The notes below the pieces were generated by a model. That model saw only the letters and a list, made by a program, of their open reading frames with translations, searched no databases and was not told where the DNA came from. A DNA stretch of 64,000 nucleotides from Laetmonice hystrix (lineage: Eukaryota), in assembly GCA_965235115.1 (NCBI GenBank), contig OZ249442.1:33046001-33110000 (forward strand). Direction: 5' to 3'. Both the position numbers and the translations under genes were made by a program. Below are positions 63,076 through 64,000 of this stretch, piece by piece. Positions within the stretch are counted from its first letter, which is position 1, and each line of letters opens with the position of its first letter.

Positions 63076-64000
63076 TTAACACCCTACACCTTGCAGGACA
63101 CCCACCCATACCCCCACCCACACTTCACACCCTGCAGGACACCCACCCACACCCCACACCCACACCCCACACCTTGCAGGACCCCGACCCACACCCTGCA
63201 GGACACCCACCCACACCCCACACCCCACTCCCTGCAGGACACCCACCCACACCCCACACCCACACCCCACACCTTGCAGGACCCCCATCCCCACCCCACC
63301 CCACACGCTGCGGGACACCCACCCACACCCCACACCCACACCCACACCCCACACCTTGCAGGACCCACACCCACACCCCACACCCTGCAGGACACACACC
63401 CACACCCACACCCCACACCCTGCAGGACACCCACCCACACCCCACACCCCACTCCCTGCAGGACACCCACCCACACCCCACACCCATACCCCACACCTTG
63501 CAGGACCCCCATCCCCACCCCACCCCACCCCACACCCTGCAGGACACCCACCCACACCCCACACCCACACCCCACACCTTGCAGGACCCACACCCACACC
63601 CCACACCCTGCAGGACACCCACCCACACCCCACACCCACACCCCACACCTTGCAGGACCCACACCCACACCCTGCAGGACACCCACCCACACCCCACACC
63701 CACACCCCACACCCTGCAGGACACCCACCCACACCCCACACCCACACCCCACACCTTGCAGGACCCACACCCACACCCCACACCCTGCAGGACACCCACC
63801 CACACCCACACCCACACCCCACACCCTGCAAGACACCCACCCACACCCCACACCCCACACCCCACACCCTGCAAGACACCCATCCACACCCCACACCCAC
63901 ACCTTGCAGCACAACCCCACTAACCCCCACCCCCAGTCATGTAGTCCCACCCACACCCCACTAACCCCCACCCCAGTCATGTAGTCCCATCCACACCCCA
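63076..64000 (+). repeat. Composite C/A-rich minisatellite (TGCAGGAC core plus variable CACACCC units), running off the window end
   Basis: About 20 [CT]TGCAGGAC cores separated by variable runs of CACCC/CACACCC. The minus strand is very G-rich. Confidence 0.95.

Noticed and set aside
63054-63984. Six ORFs of 200-300 aa (His/Pro/Thr or Gly/Val/Cys/Trp)
   Set aside because: Low-complexity C/A repeat open in all frames on both strands.

Overview
This is animal genomic DNA, most likely from an invertebrate bilaterian; no prokaryotic genes or CRISPR arrays were found. The window holds the 5' part of one large minus-strand gene, an orthologue of ZNF423/ZNF521 (Oaz/Evi3). Five coding exons can be joined in frame: 58984-58945, 51244-51137, 44424-44179, 23128-22872 and 15879-15740. 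They encode the N-terminal NuRD motif MSRRKQAKP, an acidic region and the first zinc fingers. I could not find the next exon, so it probably lies left of position 1. An intact intron-containing tRNA-Tyr(GTA) sits about 2.2 kb upstream of the ATG. The introns contain a complete tRNA-derived SINE with target-site duplications (24901-25186) and a 3.77-kb decayed PIF/Harbinger transposon (51308-55077) with TIRs, a 3-bp TSD, two frameshifted transposase exons and two nested MITEs. They also contain about 15 unrelated minisatellite arrays, which account for all the long ORFs in the ORF track. The oddest observations are: (1) the intron after the last exon begins with a 2-nt-offset copy of the codons for the expected next residues SDHL; (2) a candidate alternative first exon would drop the NuRD motif; (3) the TAGGCCTA palindrome is strongly clustered near the promoter; (4) CTCF-like and EBF/COE-like motifs are frequent; (5) the tRNA leader is duplicated as a stub. 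All motif counts are manual and all family assignments are from memory, not database searches.
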